Positions 29,111 through 38,977 of a stretch of 64,000 nt of DNA are shown here, piece by piece; within the stretch, counting starts at the first letter, position 1, and each line of letters starts with the position of its first letter. The translations under genes and the position numbers were made by a program. The DNA lies in assembly GCA_037481835.1 (NCBI GenBank), contig JBBFKW010000007.1:32214-96213 (forward strand), in the 5' to 3' direction. This DNA is from Desulfosoma sp. (GTDB lineage: Bacteria; Desulfobacterota; Syntrophobacteria; Syntrophobacterales; DSM-9756). The notes below the pieces were generated by a model that saw nothing but the letters and a program-made list of their open reading frames with translations, was not told where the DNA came from and searched no databases.

Positions 29111-30318
29111 CGAGCATTCCTGCGGCCTCCCCAACGTGTCGATTCGGATGTGATGTCTTTCTCGAGGATCCTCCCAGCTGGCTTTTCCAAAAGCGCATCG
29201 GCGTCTTGGCCAATCAGGCGTCGGTGTGTGCCGACTTTACCCACGTCATCGACGCCCTGGCGGCGCGTGGGGCGCGGCTGAGCGCCGTTTTTTCGCCGCA
29301 GCACGGCTTTTACGCGGAAAAACAAGCCAACATGATCGAATCCGATCATGGCCGCCACAAGGACTATGATGTGCCCATCTTCAGCCTTTACGGCGAGACG
29401 CGGCAACCCACGGAGGCCATGCTGGACCTCATCGACGTCCTCCTCGTGGACCTCCAAGACGTTGGCACCCGTGTCTATACCTACGGGACCACGGTCGGGT
29501 TGTGTGTGGAAGCTCTGTCGAAACGTTCCATCCCAATGGTGGTTTTGGATCGGCCCAATCCCATCGGAGGCTGTCGAGTGGAAGGCAATGTGGTTCGGGA
29601 AGGGTACCGATCCTTTGTGGGCCGTTATGCCCTGCCCATGCGCCACGGGCTGACCATCGGGGAACTGGCCTCGTGGGTGGCCCGGCAGGAAGGCTGTGAA
29701 GGGCTTGTGAGCGTCGTCCGAGTTCAAGGCTGGAGGCGAAATAATCTGTGGCCCGCCACCAAGCGGCCGTGGATTTTCCCGTCGCCCAATATGCCGACGT
29801 GGGAAACGGCGCTCCTTTATCCCGGGATGGTCTTGCTGGAAGGGACCAACCTGAGTGAAGGGCGGGGAACGACCTTGCCGTTCCAGTTAGTGGGCGCACC
29901 GTACCTGGACCCCGATGCCGTGCGGGACCGCATGGATGCCTCGGCTCTCCAAGGCCTTGTGCTCCGAACCGTGGAATTCGAACCCACCTTCGACAAATGG
30001 GCGGGAAGGCGATGCCGCGGCTTTCAACTCCACATCACGGACCCCGAAATTTTCCGGCCGTATCGGTTCGGTTTGGCCTTTCTTCAGGCGGTCCTTCGGG
30101 TGCATCGGAAATCGTTTCGATGGCTCCCGCCCCCCTACGAATACGAAGAGCGGCACCTGCCCATCGATATTCTCACAGGAGACCCCGTGATCCGCACAAA
30201 ATTGGAGGACGGTCAAGCGGTGACGGATTTGGAGCGGGGGTGGGAAGAAGATTTGGAAGCTTATGAGGCCGGGCGCCGTGGGATCCTTCTTTACGACGGT
30301 GAGCCCGAGGACCCGTAA
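29107..30318 (+). CDS. DUF1343 / NamZ-family exo-beta-N-acetylmuramidase
   Basis: FSPQHG, SLYG, DLQDVGTRVYTY, LDRPNP, RHGLTIGE, PSPNMPT, EGTNLSEGRGT. Confidence 0.88.
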   Translation: MTSIPAASPTCRFGCDVFLEDPPSWLFQKRIGVLANQASVCADFTHVIDALAARGARLSAVFSPQHGFYAEKQANMIESDHGRHKDYDVPIFSLYGETRQPTEAMLDLIDVLLVDLQDVGTRVYTYGTTVGLCVEALSKRSIPMVVLDRPNPIGGCRVEGNVVREGYRSFVGRYALPMRHGLTIGELASWVARQEGCEGLVSVVRVQGWRRNNLWPATKRPWIFPSPNMPTWETALLYPGMVLLEGTNLSEGRGTTLPFQLVGAPYLDPDAVRDRMDASALQGLVLRTVEFEPTFDKWAGRRCRGFQLHITDPEIFRPYRFGLAFLQAVLRVHRKSFRWLPPPYEYEERHLPIDILTGDPVIRTKLEDGQAVTDLERGWEEDLEAYEAGRRGILLYDGEPEDP

Positions 30319-30330
30319 CGGCGCAAGGAC

Positions 30331-31785
30331 TTAACCTTCCAGAGTGAGCAAGACCGCCTCGGCCACGTGCCTCATGGACTTGCGGGTGTCCATGCTCTTT
30401 TTCTGCAACCAGCGGTAGGCTTCCTCGCCGGTGAGGTTGAGCCTGGAGATGAGGACATCTTTGGCCTTTTCGATGATCTTCCTCTTTTCCAGTTCTTCTT
30501 GAATGATCGTGGTCTTCACCATGAGTTCGGTGTTTTCGATGGCCACAGCGGCTTGATTGGCCACGGCGGTCAGCACGTTCATCTCCAGCTCGGTGAACCG
30601 ATGGGGCCGGGACGTGTAGCAGTTGATGACGCCGATGACGCGGTCCTTGACGCGCATGGGGATACTGAGCATGGAGACGAGGCCGAGGCGCTTGGCCAGT
30701 TCTTTTTCCTTGTAATAGGGGTCCTCCAGGACGTTGAGGGAAATGTGCGGTTTGTTTTCAACGACGACCTTGCCGACGACGCCTTCCCCGACCTTGAGCA
30801 CCCGATCTTTGACGTAATCGGGATTGATGGCTTGCGTCGCCCGCAGGCGCAGCACGCGTTCTTGCTCATCGAGGAGCCATAAGGAACACACGCTGGAATT
30901 CATCACTTCCGCGGTGACCATCACGATGAGCCGCAAAATATCTTCCAGGTATTGGTCCGAAGTGATGGCCTTGCTGATCACGGTGAGAGCTTCAACACTC
31001 TTGTCCGCGGGGCTGGGTTCCATCGATCTTTGCGCCGCCTGAGCGAATTCGTCCAGATACCCTTCAGCGAACCGTAGCGGCGGGCGGCGCTTGTGGAGCG
31101 TTCGGGACCGGAGCTCTTCAATGCGTTTTCGAACCGCTTGGGGCACCGCCGCCTGGCGGCCGCTCAAAAAGCTATCCAGGTGCTTGTAGGTGAAGCCCAT
31201 TTCCCCTTCGTCGGTCTGACCGGCCCACAACCCCGCCGAAGGGGGTTTCGTGATGATGGAATGGGGAAGTTTCAGCGCTCGGGCCAGCTTCTGAACGTCT
31301 TTTTTCAGCAGGTGAATAATGGGTTGGATGTCCGCCGCGCCGTCTCCATGCTTCGTGAAGTACCCGATTTCCCATTCGCTGCGATTGCTGGTGCCCATGA
31401 CCAAGAAGCCGAGTTCGGCGGCCTTGTGGTAGAGGACGGCCATGCGCACTCTGGCCTTGAGGTTTCCCAGGAGACGGGGATCGTTGCAGGAGAGGGTTTC
31501 CGCGAGCCGATCCACGACAGGCCCCAGATCGATTTCTTCGCAGGAAATGCCCACGTGCCGACAGACCAATCGCGCATCGGCCAGATCGTCCGGAGCATTG
31601 TGACATGGCAGGATGAGCCCGAGGACGTGCTCCCCCAGGGCCTTTTTCGCCAAAGCGGCACAGACGGCGGAGTCGATGCCTCCGCTGATGCCGACGACCA
31701 CGCCCCGGGCTCCGGCGCCCCGGACGCTCTCCGCAATCCATTGCACCAGACGCGCGATGTCTTCGGAGTGCTTTCGGCCGGCCAT
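30331..31785 (-). CDS. nadE: NH3-dependent NAD+ synthetase fused to GAF and ANTAR domains
   Basis: N-terminus: GISGGIDSAV, NLKARVRM, GTSNRSE.IGYFTKHGDG, PPSAGLWAGQTDE. Middle: GAF (SIPMRVKDRVIGVINCY...AVAIEN). C-terminus: ANTAR (LEKRKIIEKAKDVL...EAYRWLQKKSMDTRKSMRHVAEAVL). Single uninterrupted ORF. Confidence 0.9.
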   Translation of the reverse strand: MAGRKHSEDIARLVQWIAESVRGAGARGVVVGISGGIDSAVCAALAKKALGEHVLGLILPCHNAPDDLADARLVCRHVGISCEEIDLGPVVDRLAETLSCNDPRLLGNLKARVRMAVLYHKAAELGFLVMGTSNRSEWEIGYFTKHGDGAADIQPIIHLLKKDVQKLARALKLPHSIITKPPSAGLWAGQTDEGEMGFTYKHLDSFLSGRQAAVPQAVRKRIEELRSRTLHKRRPPLRFAEGYLDEFAQAAQRSMEPSPADKSVEALTVISKAITSDQYLEDILRLIVMVTAEVMNSSVCSLWLLDEQERVLRLRATQAINPDYVKDRVLKVGEGVVGKVVVENKPHISLNVLEDPYYKEKELAKRLGLVSMLSIPMRVKDRVIGVINCYTSRPHRFTELEMNVLTAVANQAAVAIENTELMVKTTIIQEELEKRKIIEKAKDVLISRLNLTGEEAYRWLQKKSMDTRKSMRHVAEAVLLTLEG

Positions 31786-31930
31786 GCTTGCATGCTCCGC
31801 TTTGGGGTTTCGTTGCAAGGGGTGGGACCCCGTTTTTCCCAAGGAATCGGCCGTCTCAGCCGTTACATGCGAAGGTCTGTTTTACCCAGCACGACGGTTC
31901 AAAGCACCCATGGGCCTTGTCGCCCGGGAT

Positions 31931-32596
31931 CTAACGGACGAGATGCCCGATACGGTTGTAGCGCACGAAAAACCGATCGGGATCCAACGTGAGTTCCCCG
32001 TCCTTGTTCCACGACCAATAAATGATGAAAGCTTTTCCCCTCAAGGCCGAGGCATCCACGAAGTGCCAAAACCGACTGTCGTAACTCTCGTCGCGGTTGT
32101 CCCCCATGACGAAAAACCGGTGTTCGGGCACGACAAGCGGGCCGAGGTTGTCTCGCGGACTTACGGCCGCCGGCAAAATCCGAGGGTCCGTGAACCGCAC
32201 GTAAGGTTCATCCAAAGGTTTTCCATTGATAAAAACCTTTTTGTCCTTTATGGAAAGCGTATCCCCAGGAACCCCGATGACGCGCTTGATGAAGTCTTTG
32301 GACGGGTCTTGGGGGTACTTAAAGACGACGATATCCCCGCGCCGCGGCTGGTCCCAGTGGATGATTTCCTTGTCGACGACCGGCAGTTTGATGCCGTATC
32401 GGAACTTGCTGACGAGGATATGGTCCCCGATGAGCAGGGTGGTCATCATGGATCCCGAAGGAATCTTGAACGCCTGAACGATGAAGGCTCGTATGAACAG
32501 AGCCAAAAGAACGGCGATCAGGATGGCTTCCGAATACTCGCGGACCGTGCTTTTTTTCTTCCGCTTGACCGATTCCGATTGGGAAAAAACGCTCAA
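31931..32596 (-). CDS. lepB: Signal peptidase I
   Basis: IPSGSM, RGDIVVF, FIKRVIG.PGD, GDNRDESYDSRFW; GGAGG RBS before TTG. Confidence 0.95.
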   Translation of the reverse strand: MSVFSQSESVKRKKKSTVREYSEAILIAVLLALFIRAFIVQAFKIPSGSMMTTLLIGDHILVSKFRYGIKLPVVDKEIIHWDQPRRGDIVVFKYPQDPSKDFIKRVIGVPGDTLSIKDKKVFINGKPLDEPYVRFTDPRILPAAVSPRDNLGPLVVPEHRFFVMGDNRDESYDSRFWHFVDASALRGKAFIIYWSWNKDGELTLDPDRFFVRYNRIGHLVR

Positions 32597-32720
32597 CGCC
32601 GCCTCCGATCCTGCCGATTATCCATAGAGAGCGTTTCCGTTTGTGTGTTGGAAGGGCTTGATGTAAATAACAAAAGAAAGTGAGTGTCAACGCCAAAGTG
32701 CACAGGGAGCCGTAGGGCGC

Positions 32721-33776
32721 ATGTTCCGAAAGCGTAAAGAATTGGTCGGCGTCGATGTGGGGTCGTATGCGGTCAAGATGGTCCAGCTGACCGAAGGCAA
32801 GTCTGGCCATAAGCTGGAAAACCTGGGCATGGCCCTGCTGCCCCACCAAGCCGTTTCCGACGGTCGCATCGCTCAGCCGGAGATCGTGGCCGATGTCCTT
32901 CGCAAGCTCTCGAAGAACCTTAAAATCAAGCCCGGTCCCATCGCCGCCTCCGTGTCCGGCTACGAAGTCATGATCAAGAAAATCGAAATGCCCACCATGA
33001 CAGAGGAGGAATTGGGCGCTCGACTCCGTCAGGAAATCGCCCAATATGTGCCGTACCAATTGGACGAAGTGACCGTGGACTACGAGATCCTGGACGTTTC
33101 CAAGAGCCGTGCGAAGTTCATGGATGTGCTCCTTGTGGCGGCCAAAAAGGAGGCCGTCTCCTCCTATGTGGGGATGCTCTCCACGGCGGGGTTTGAGCCC
33201 GTGGTCGTCGATGTGGATTACTTCGCTTTGAGCAACGCCTTTGAAGCGACCTACGGCGTTTTTCCCGAAGAAAACATCGCCTTGATGGATATCGGGGCCT
33301 CCAAGACCACGATGACCATCGTCCAGGCCGGGCGTCCCCTTTTCACCCGGGATCTGACTTTCGGCGGCCACAGCATCACCCATCGCATCGCCGCGGAATT
33401 TGAAACATCCATGGAAAACGCTGAAAGGATCAAGCTGGGACTCGGCTCAGACAGCGTGGACCGGGCTCGGTTGGAAAAGGCTTTCGTGGAGACCCTGGCC
33501 GAATGGGGCACGGACGTCAAAAGGGCCTTGGACTTTTTCTTCAGCCATTTCCCCGAAGCCAAACTGCATAAAATTTACCTCAGCGGCGGGTCGGCACGGG
33601 TTCCCGGCTTGGAAAAATTCCTGGAAGCCGAACTGGGGATTCCCACCGAGGTATGCAACCCCTTGCAACACCTGGAAGTGGACCCCGCTCGCTTTGACCC
33701 GGCATACCTGGAGCAGATCGGACCTCAGATGACCATCGGCCTTGGACTCGCACTCAGGAGAGCAGGGGACAAATGA
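32721..33776 (+). CDS. pilM: Type IV pilus assembly protein PilM
   Basis: VGVDVGSYAVK actin-like motif, LLVAAKK, DIGAS, LSGGSA, GLALR. Confidence 0.92.
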   Translation: MFRKRKELVGVDVGSYAVKMVQLTEGKSGHKLENLGMALLPHQAVSDGRIAQPEIVADVLRKLSKNLKIKPGPIAASVSGYEVMIKKIEMPTMTEEELGARLRQEIAQYVPYQLDEVTVDYEILDVSKSRAKFMDVLLVAAKKEAVSSYVGMLSTAGFEPVVVDVDYFALSNAFEATYGVFPEENIALMDIGASKTTMTIVQAGRPLFTRDLTFGGHSITHRIAAEFETSMENAERIKLGLGSDSVDRARLEKAFVETLAEWGTDVKRALDFFFSHFPEAKLHKIYLSGGSARVPGLEKFLEAELGIPTEVCNPLQHLEVDPARFDPAYLEQIGPQMTIGLGLALRRAGDK

Positions 33777-34426
33777 TCCGCATCAACCTCTTGCCTGCGG
33801 AAAAGAAGCCGATCCCAAGCACCGCACGCCGCTATCTTGTCCTGTTCGCCGCGAGTGTCCTTGTGACGGCGGTGGCCATCGCTTTCATCTGGACCGGCCA
33901 GGCCAGGGACATAGAAAGGCTGCAACGGCGGGAATCGGAACTCAAGGCGGAAGCGGCCAAGTACGCCAAGTATGAAAAGATCCTTCAGGAGTTGAAACAG
34001 CAGAGGGAGACCATCGAAAAGAAGAAGGAAATTATCCGAGGGCTTGAAAGGGACCGGGATAAAATGGCCCGGGTTCTGGCGCTTTTGAGCCTCTGGGTTC
34101 CGGCGGAAAGGGTGTGGTTCGAGTCTGTCACGGTGACCGACAATAAGGTAGAGGTCAGCGGGATCGCTTTGAGCAACGAAAGTGTGGCGGAATTCATGAG
34201 GAATCTCGAACAGTCCCCCTTTGTGGTGCGGGGCAGCGTGGTCTTGGCCCATTCCAAGCAGACGGCCATGGGGGACCGCAAGCTCAGGGAATACCGACTG
34301 ACGTGGTCCATGGTGCCCTACTCCCAGGTCAAGGCGGCGTTGGCGCAAAAGGACCAGAGCCCGGGGGGACCCGCTCCGGAAAAGGCGTCGCCTGGGCCGG
34401 CGGCTCAGGAAAAACCTCAAGGCTGA
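33773..34426 (+). CDS. pilN: Type IV pilus assembly protein PilN
   Basis: N-terminal MIRINLLP motif, TM helix, coiled coil, VAEFMRNLE; overlaps pilM stop. Confidence 0.9.
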   Translation: MIRINLLPAEKKPIPSTARRYLVLFAASVLVTAVAIAFIWTGQARDIERLQRRESELKAEAAKYAKYEKILQELKQQRETIEKKKEIIRGLERDRDKMARVLALLSLWVPAERVWFESVTVTDNKVEVSGIALSNESVAEFMRNLEQSPFVVRGSVVLAHSKQTAMGDRKLREYRLTWSMVPYSQVKAALAQKDQSPGGPAPEKASPGPAAQEKPQG

Positions 34427-34441
34427 CGCCCGGAGGCATGC

Positions 34442-35053
34442 ATGAAGAAGGTATCCTTGCCCATAGAGGCCATCGAAGCGAAAATCGACGATCTGCCCGT
34501 GGCGCACAGGGTGTTGGTTCTCGTTGTGACCATATTGGCTCTGGCCGCCGCGTTCTACTACTTTAAGTACGAGCCTCAGAACAAGCGGATCCGGCAGCTT
34601 CGCACCAGCATTCAGAATGAGGAAACCCGGCTGGCCACGCTGAAAAAGTATGCCGCGGAATCCGAAAAGCTGGCTCAGGAAGTGGAGAAAGCCCAGGAAG
34701 AATTTGCGGCCATGCTCAAGCTGCTTCCCGACCAGAGAGAAATTCCCGCCCTGCTGGAAACGGTGTCCCAGATCGGCGCTCAGGAAGGATTGGAAAATTT
34801 GCTGTTCCAACCCCTCCCGGAAATCCCCCATGAATTCCATGCCACGATCCCGGTGCGGTTGGATCTTGTGGGCCGTTACCATCAGCTGGGGTTGTTTCTC
34901 GATAAGATCAGCCGCTTGGGCCGCATCATCCAAGTGGACTCCATGGCACTCAAGCGGCGAAGCGATTCTTCCTTGCAAGTTTCCTGCAATTTTTCCACGT
35001 ACCGGTTTCTCGAAGAGCACGAAAGGAAAAAACCCGAACCCAAGAAGAAGTGA
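34442..35053 (+). CDS. pilO: Type IV pilus assembly protein PilO
   Basis: TM + coiled coil, LPDQREIPALL, GRYHQLGLFL..ISRLGRII, TYRF. Confidence 0.9.
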   Translation: MKKVSLPIEAIEAKIDDLPVAHRVLVLVVTILALAAAFYYFKYEPQNKRIRQLRTSIQNEETRLATLKKYAAESEKLAQEVEKAQEEFAAMLKLLPDQREIPALLETVSQIGAQEGLENLLFQPLPEIPHEFHATIPVRLDLVGRYHQLGLFLDKISRLGRIIQVDSMALKRRSDSSLQVSCNFSTYRFLEEHERKKPEPKKK

Positions 35054-35138
35054 TCCGAAAAGAATGGAAACAGCACTGAGTCTTCCGTGGGGATAGGGCT
35101 GAACGGATCGGCTGGAGACACCAAAGACAGGACGGGAT

Positions 35139-36977
35139 ATGATGAAGCTCCGGAATTCCTTTGAAAGTCTCGGAAAAAGAGCCGTTGCCTCCGCGGTGTG
35201 CGCCTTGTTCCTGACGGCATGGGCTTTCGCCCAGCCGCCTGGTCAGACGGCGCCCGGAACGGCCGCACCCGGCGCCGGGGCCGTGCCGTCCGGGGAACGG
35301 GTGAAGGTTTTCGGCGTTCAAGCGAAGGACTTTCCCGATCGCATCGAGGTTTCCGTGGCGACCGACAGGCCGCCGGCCCTCTATCGCGCCGTGCCGCAGG
35401 GGTCTAAAGGCTTTCAAATCGTTTTGGAAGGAGTGACGACGAGTCTCGGGTCCGGAACCGTCCCGACGGGGTCAAAGCGCCTGGGGTCCCTGAAGGTCTC
35501 TTCCGACGGCTTCGGCGTATTCACGGTTTCGGGCACGGTCGCCTCAGGTGTGGATCGACTGGAAAGCGCCGCGGAAGAAGAGCGCTTGGTGGTCCACGTG
35601 TATCCGAAAAAGGTGCAGGAAAAGGCGGCCTTCGGGGTGCCGGGGGCCGATGAAGGGAATCGGGAAGGCCGCCCCCCCAAGGATGCGGGCCGTCCGGGAG
35701 TGGCGACGGCAGCAACGCCCGCCCTTGAACCCAGTTCCTCTCCCGTAAACGTCTACCAGGGCAAACCCATCAGCCTGGACTTGCAGGACGCGGATTTGAC
35801 CAACGTGTTGCGCCTCCTTGCCGATGTGAGCGGCGTCAACATGGTGGTGGAGCCGGACGTGAGCGGCAAGGTGACCCTGAAGGTCGAAAATATCCCGTGG
35901 GACCAGGTTCTGGACATGGTCCTGATGATGAACCGGCTGGGGAGGGAGGAAGTCGGCGGGGTCCTCCGCATCGCCAAGGAAGACAAGTTACGCCAGGAGA
36001 TGAAAGAGCGCGAAGAGCGCATGAAGATGGAACAACAGCTCTTGCGCACCAAGAAAGATCTGGGGGAACTGGATACCGCCTACCTGCAGATCAACTACGC
36101 CGATCCAGGAGAGATTGCGGCCAAGATCTCGGAGATCAAAAGTGCGGACGGCAAAATCAGCGTGGATCAGCGCACGGGCATGATCCTCTACACAGATTAT
36201 CCCGCCCGCATCGAGGCGGCCAGGGGGATCATCAGGCGGCTTGACAAACCCACTGATCAAGTGCTTATAGAGGCGCGGATCGTGCAGCTCAACACCACGG
36301 CATCCAGAGACCTGGGGGTCCAGTGGGGCTTTAATTTGACCAAAACGACCGATCATCAAGTGAATACGAACTACGCTGTAGATCATCCCGTAGCGGCCAC
36401 CTCCAGCGCAAGCCTCAGTGTGGGAAAGCTCGTGGGCACAACACTGTGGAATCTGGATTTGCGCCTGCTCGCCGCGGAACAGGCCGGACGGGGAAAAATC
36501 ATTTCCGCGCCGCGCGTTTTGACCATGAACCACGTCAAAGCGACCATTTCCCAGGGCACGCAGATCCCTTACCAGGCGCAAAGTGAAGACGGGATTTCCA
36601 CGGAATTCAAGGATGCCACGCTGGAACTGCAGGTGACGCCGCATGTCACACCCGACGGCCGGGTGCGGCTGCAAATCCAAGCCAAGAAAGAGGCTCCCAA
36701 TTACACCCAAGTCATTCCCGGACAACCTCCGGCCATCGACAGCCGCAAGGTGGATACGGAGCTCCTGGTGGACGACGGGGCCACCGTCGTGATCGGCGGC
36801 ATTATCGAAGAAAACCAATCGGACACGGAAAGCCGGACACCGGGACTTCACAAGGTGCCCGTGCTGGGACATCTCTTCAAATCCCAGTCTTCACGACTGG
36901 AGAAAAACGAACTGCTGATTTTCATCAATCCACAGATCGTGGACATTTCCAGGGGGACGGTTCGAGCGGGATCCTAG
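35139..36977 (+). CDS. pilQ: Type IV pilus secretin PilQ
   Basis: Signal peptide, YQGKPISLDLQDADL, IPWDQVLD, QVLIEARIV, LQVTPHVT, VPVLGHLFK, ELLIFINP. Confidence 0.92.
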   Translation: MMKLRNSFESLGKRAVASAVCALFLTAWAFAQPPGQTAPGTAAPGAGAVPSGERVKVFGVQAKDFPDRIEVSVATDRPPALYRAVPQGSKGFQIVLEGVTTSLGSGTVPTGSKRLGSLKVSSDGFGVFTVSGTVASGVDRLESAAEEERLVVHVYPKKVQEKAAFGVPGADEGNREGRPPKDAGRPGVATAATPALEPSSSPVNVYQGKPISLDLQDADLTNVLRLLADVSGVNMVVEPDVSGKVTLKVENIPWDQVLDMVLMMNRLGREEVGGVLRIAKEDKLRQEMKEREERMKMEQQLLRTKKDLGELDTAYLQINYADPGEIAAKISEIKSADGKISVDQRTGMILYTDYPARIEAARGIIRRLDKPTDQVLIEARIVQLNTTASRDLGVQWGFNLTKTTDHQVNTNYAVDHPVAATSSASLSVGKLVGTTLWNLDLRLLAAEQAGRGKIISAPRVLTMNHVKATISQGTQIPYQAQSEDGISTEFKDATLELQVTPHVTPDGRVRLQIQAKKEAPNYTQVIPGQPPAIDSRKVDTELLVDDGATVVIGGIIEENQSDTESRTPGLHKVPVLGHLFKSQSSRLEKNELLIFINPQIVDISRGTVRAGS

Positions 36978-37001
36978 GAACGAGCGGAACTGAAGGGGAT
37001 T

Positions 37002-37715
37002 ATGGTCCGAAAAAACACACGATCTTTGGGCCTGAGGGGGCGCTGTTTTTCCACGGCGCGCTGGGTCGGAGGGTTTTCCCTTATCTGGATGGTTTTGGCG
37101 GCGATCGGGTGCACGATGCAGGGCCCGACCCCCCAAGGGCAATTGCAAGGAAAAAGCTCGCAAGCAACAGACAAGGCAAGCTCCGAGGCTCAGAAGCCTT
37201 TCGGCGACCTGAAGCCCGTGCGCATCGATTACCTCAGACCGACCGAAGAGGTGCGTTTCCCTGAAATCTACATCTACAAAGACAAGAGGCGCCTCTATGT
37301 GATGGACGGCGACGTTTTGGTCCGCAATTTCCCGGTGGGTTTGGGCAAGAACCCCAAAGGCGACAAGAAATGCGAAGGGGACGGCCGGACTCCGGAAGGG
37401 AATTTTTTCATCTGTTTTAAGAATCCAAGAAGTCGCTTCTTCAAATCCCTGGCCCTGTCCTATCCCAGCCGGCGCCATGCCGAACAAGCCTTTTCCGCAG
37501 GCTTGATCTCCCCGACCCAGTACAGGGACATCATTTTGGCCCTGGATCGGCTCCTTCAGCCGCCGTGGGACACGCCCCTGGGAGGAGAAATCTACATCCA
37601 CGGGGGTGGAGCCTACGGAGACTGGACCGATGGGTGCATCGCGCTCTACAACAGCGACATGACGGAACTGTACCAGATCGCCGACCGGGGCACCCGTGTG
37701 GAAGTTCGTCCTTAA
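37002..37715 (+). CDS. L,D-transpeptidase (YkuD) family protein, possible lipoprotein
   Basis: KDKRRLYV, EGDGRTPEG, IYIHGG...WTDGCIAL; LAAIGC lipobox-like. Start uncertain. Confidence 0.85.
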   Translation: MVRKNTRSLGLRGRCFSTARWVGGFSLIWMVLAAIGCTMQGPTPQGQLQGKSSQATDKASSEAQKPFGDLKPVRIDYLRPTEEVRFPEIYIYKDKRRLYVMDGDVLVRNFPVGLGKNPKGDKKCEGDGRTPEGNFFICFKNPRSRFFKSLALSYPSRRHAEQAFSAGLISPTQYRDIILALDRLLQPPWDTPLGGEIYIHGGGAYGDWTDGCIALYNSDMTELYQIADRGTRVEVRP

Positions 37716-37756
37716 GAATTCGCGACGCCCTGTGCAGCCCCCTGTGACATGCCCTC

Positions 37757-38152
37757 TCAGAGACGCCAGCGCCGCCTTTCGTCCCATTCCTTGAAGGCCT
37801 TGGCCACGGCCGAAAGGGCGAAACGGGGATTGCTGAGGTAGGCCCAGTTGGTTTTCAGGAAATCTTCTTTCAGTTCCTGAAAAGTTTTCTCCTTTTCCCT
37901 TTCGTCGATGAAATGACGTGCCTTGCTGTGACGATAGGGAAAAGGGTTTCCTTTCTCCCGAGCGAATTGCTCCGCCAGGGACCGGTCGGAGGTGAGCTTT
38001 TCGAGGATCTCGGGAGTCAAGGGCACAGGGATTTCCATCATCACTTCCACGTACCAACGATCTCCCGCAAGTTTTTTGGATCGGTCGTAGATTTTCAGTT
38101 CCAGATTGTTAGGAAGAATCAACGATTCCACAGGATCCTGCTGAATTTTCAT
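37757..38152 (-). CDS. Hypothetical protein
   Basis: 131-aa ORF with AAGGAGG RBS; DRSKKLAGDRWYV...RHFIDE...YLSNPRF; fills the gap between called genes. Confidence 0.7.
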   Translation of the reverse strand: MKIQQDPVESLILPNNLELKIYDRSKKLAGDRWYVEVMMEIPVPLTPEILEKLTSDRSLAEQFAREKGNPFPYRHSKARHFIDEREKEKTFQELKEDFLKTNWAYLSNPRFALSAVAKAFKEWDERRRWRL

Positions 38153-38344
38153 CGCGTTCGCCTCCTTGGGAGTGAGCTTGCACGCTTTCCATTACAGGAA
38201 GGGCGGTCCTTTTGACAAGGCTCAAGCCCATTGGAAGCACTTTGCGGGGCATTGACGTCATGGGCGAAAGAGGGTAAGAGAACGCATCGCCCAGGGGCGG
38301 AATCCCTGGAGGCGCTTCAAAGAGTGGACGTCGAGGTGTGCGGC

Positions 38345-38941
38345 ATGACGAAAAGGAAATACATTCAGGTTCGATGGCATGGCCGTGGAGGGCAGGGCGC
38401 CGTGACGGCCGCGATGATTCTCGCCGAAGCGGCTTTTGAGGAAGGCTATCAGGGGGTGACGGCGGCCCCGTTCTTCGGAGCGGAAAGAAGAGGGGCGCCT
38501 GTTATCGCCACCAATCGCTTCTCATGGAAGCCTATCCGCACCTATTCCCTGGTGGTTCAGCCGGACATCGTCGTCGTTCTGGACGAAACCCTGCTGGACG
38601 TCGTGGATGTGTCGGCGGGGTTGCAACCCGACGGCCTTGTGCTCATCAATACGGCAAGGAACCCGGAAGATTTTCGGTTCCGGGAACCCTTTACGGTGGC
38701 GACGACCAACGCGACGGCCTGCGCTAAAGAGGCGGGGTTAGTCGTCTCCGGGACCGTCATATCCAATACGGCCATTCTCGGCGGGTTCGCCAAGGCTTCG
38801 GGGTTGGTCAGCCTGGAGAGCCTCGAAAGGGCTTTTAGGCATCACTTCAACGGAGACGCTTTGGAGAAAAACCGACAAGGAGCGCGCCTGGCCTATGAGA
38901 GGACGGCCGTGATGGGCGAATGCCGTTTGGAATGCGCCTGA
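38345..38941 (+). CDS. 2-oxoacid:ferredoxin oxidoreductase gamma subunit
   Basis: VRWHGRGGQGAVTA, FGAERRGAPV, PDIVVVLD, NTAILG; GAGG RBS before ATG 38345. Confidence 0.92.
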   Translation: MTKRKYIQVRWHGRGGQGAVTAAMILAEAAFEEGYQGVTAAPFFGAERRGAPVIATNRFSWKPIRTYSLVVQPDIVVVLDETLLDVVDVSAGLQPDGLVLINTARNPEDFRFREPFTVATTNATACAKEAGLVVSGTVISNTAILGGFAKASGLVSLESLERAFRHHFNGDALEKNRQGARLAYERTAVMGECRLECA

Positions 38942-38977
38942 GACACCCTCGACGGGACGCTCCACTTAGGGAAAAGG

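Noticed and set aside
31786..31930. Possible ANTAR dual-hairpin target upstream of the nadE fusion (also checked the porin leader 53265-53462)
   Set aside because: AxxG hexamers occur but lack pairing closing stems in tandem; not convincing by eye.
35064..35096. Mini-ORF METALSLPWG between pilO and pilQ as a pilP remnant
   Set aside because: No lipobox or PilP similarity; too short to support.
38231..38246. Sigma-54-like TGGAAGCACTTTGC upstream of the POR gamma gene
   Set aside because: GG-to-GC spacing is 9 nt, not the required 10.
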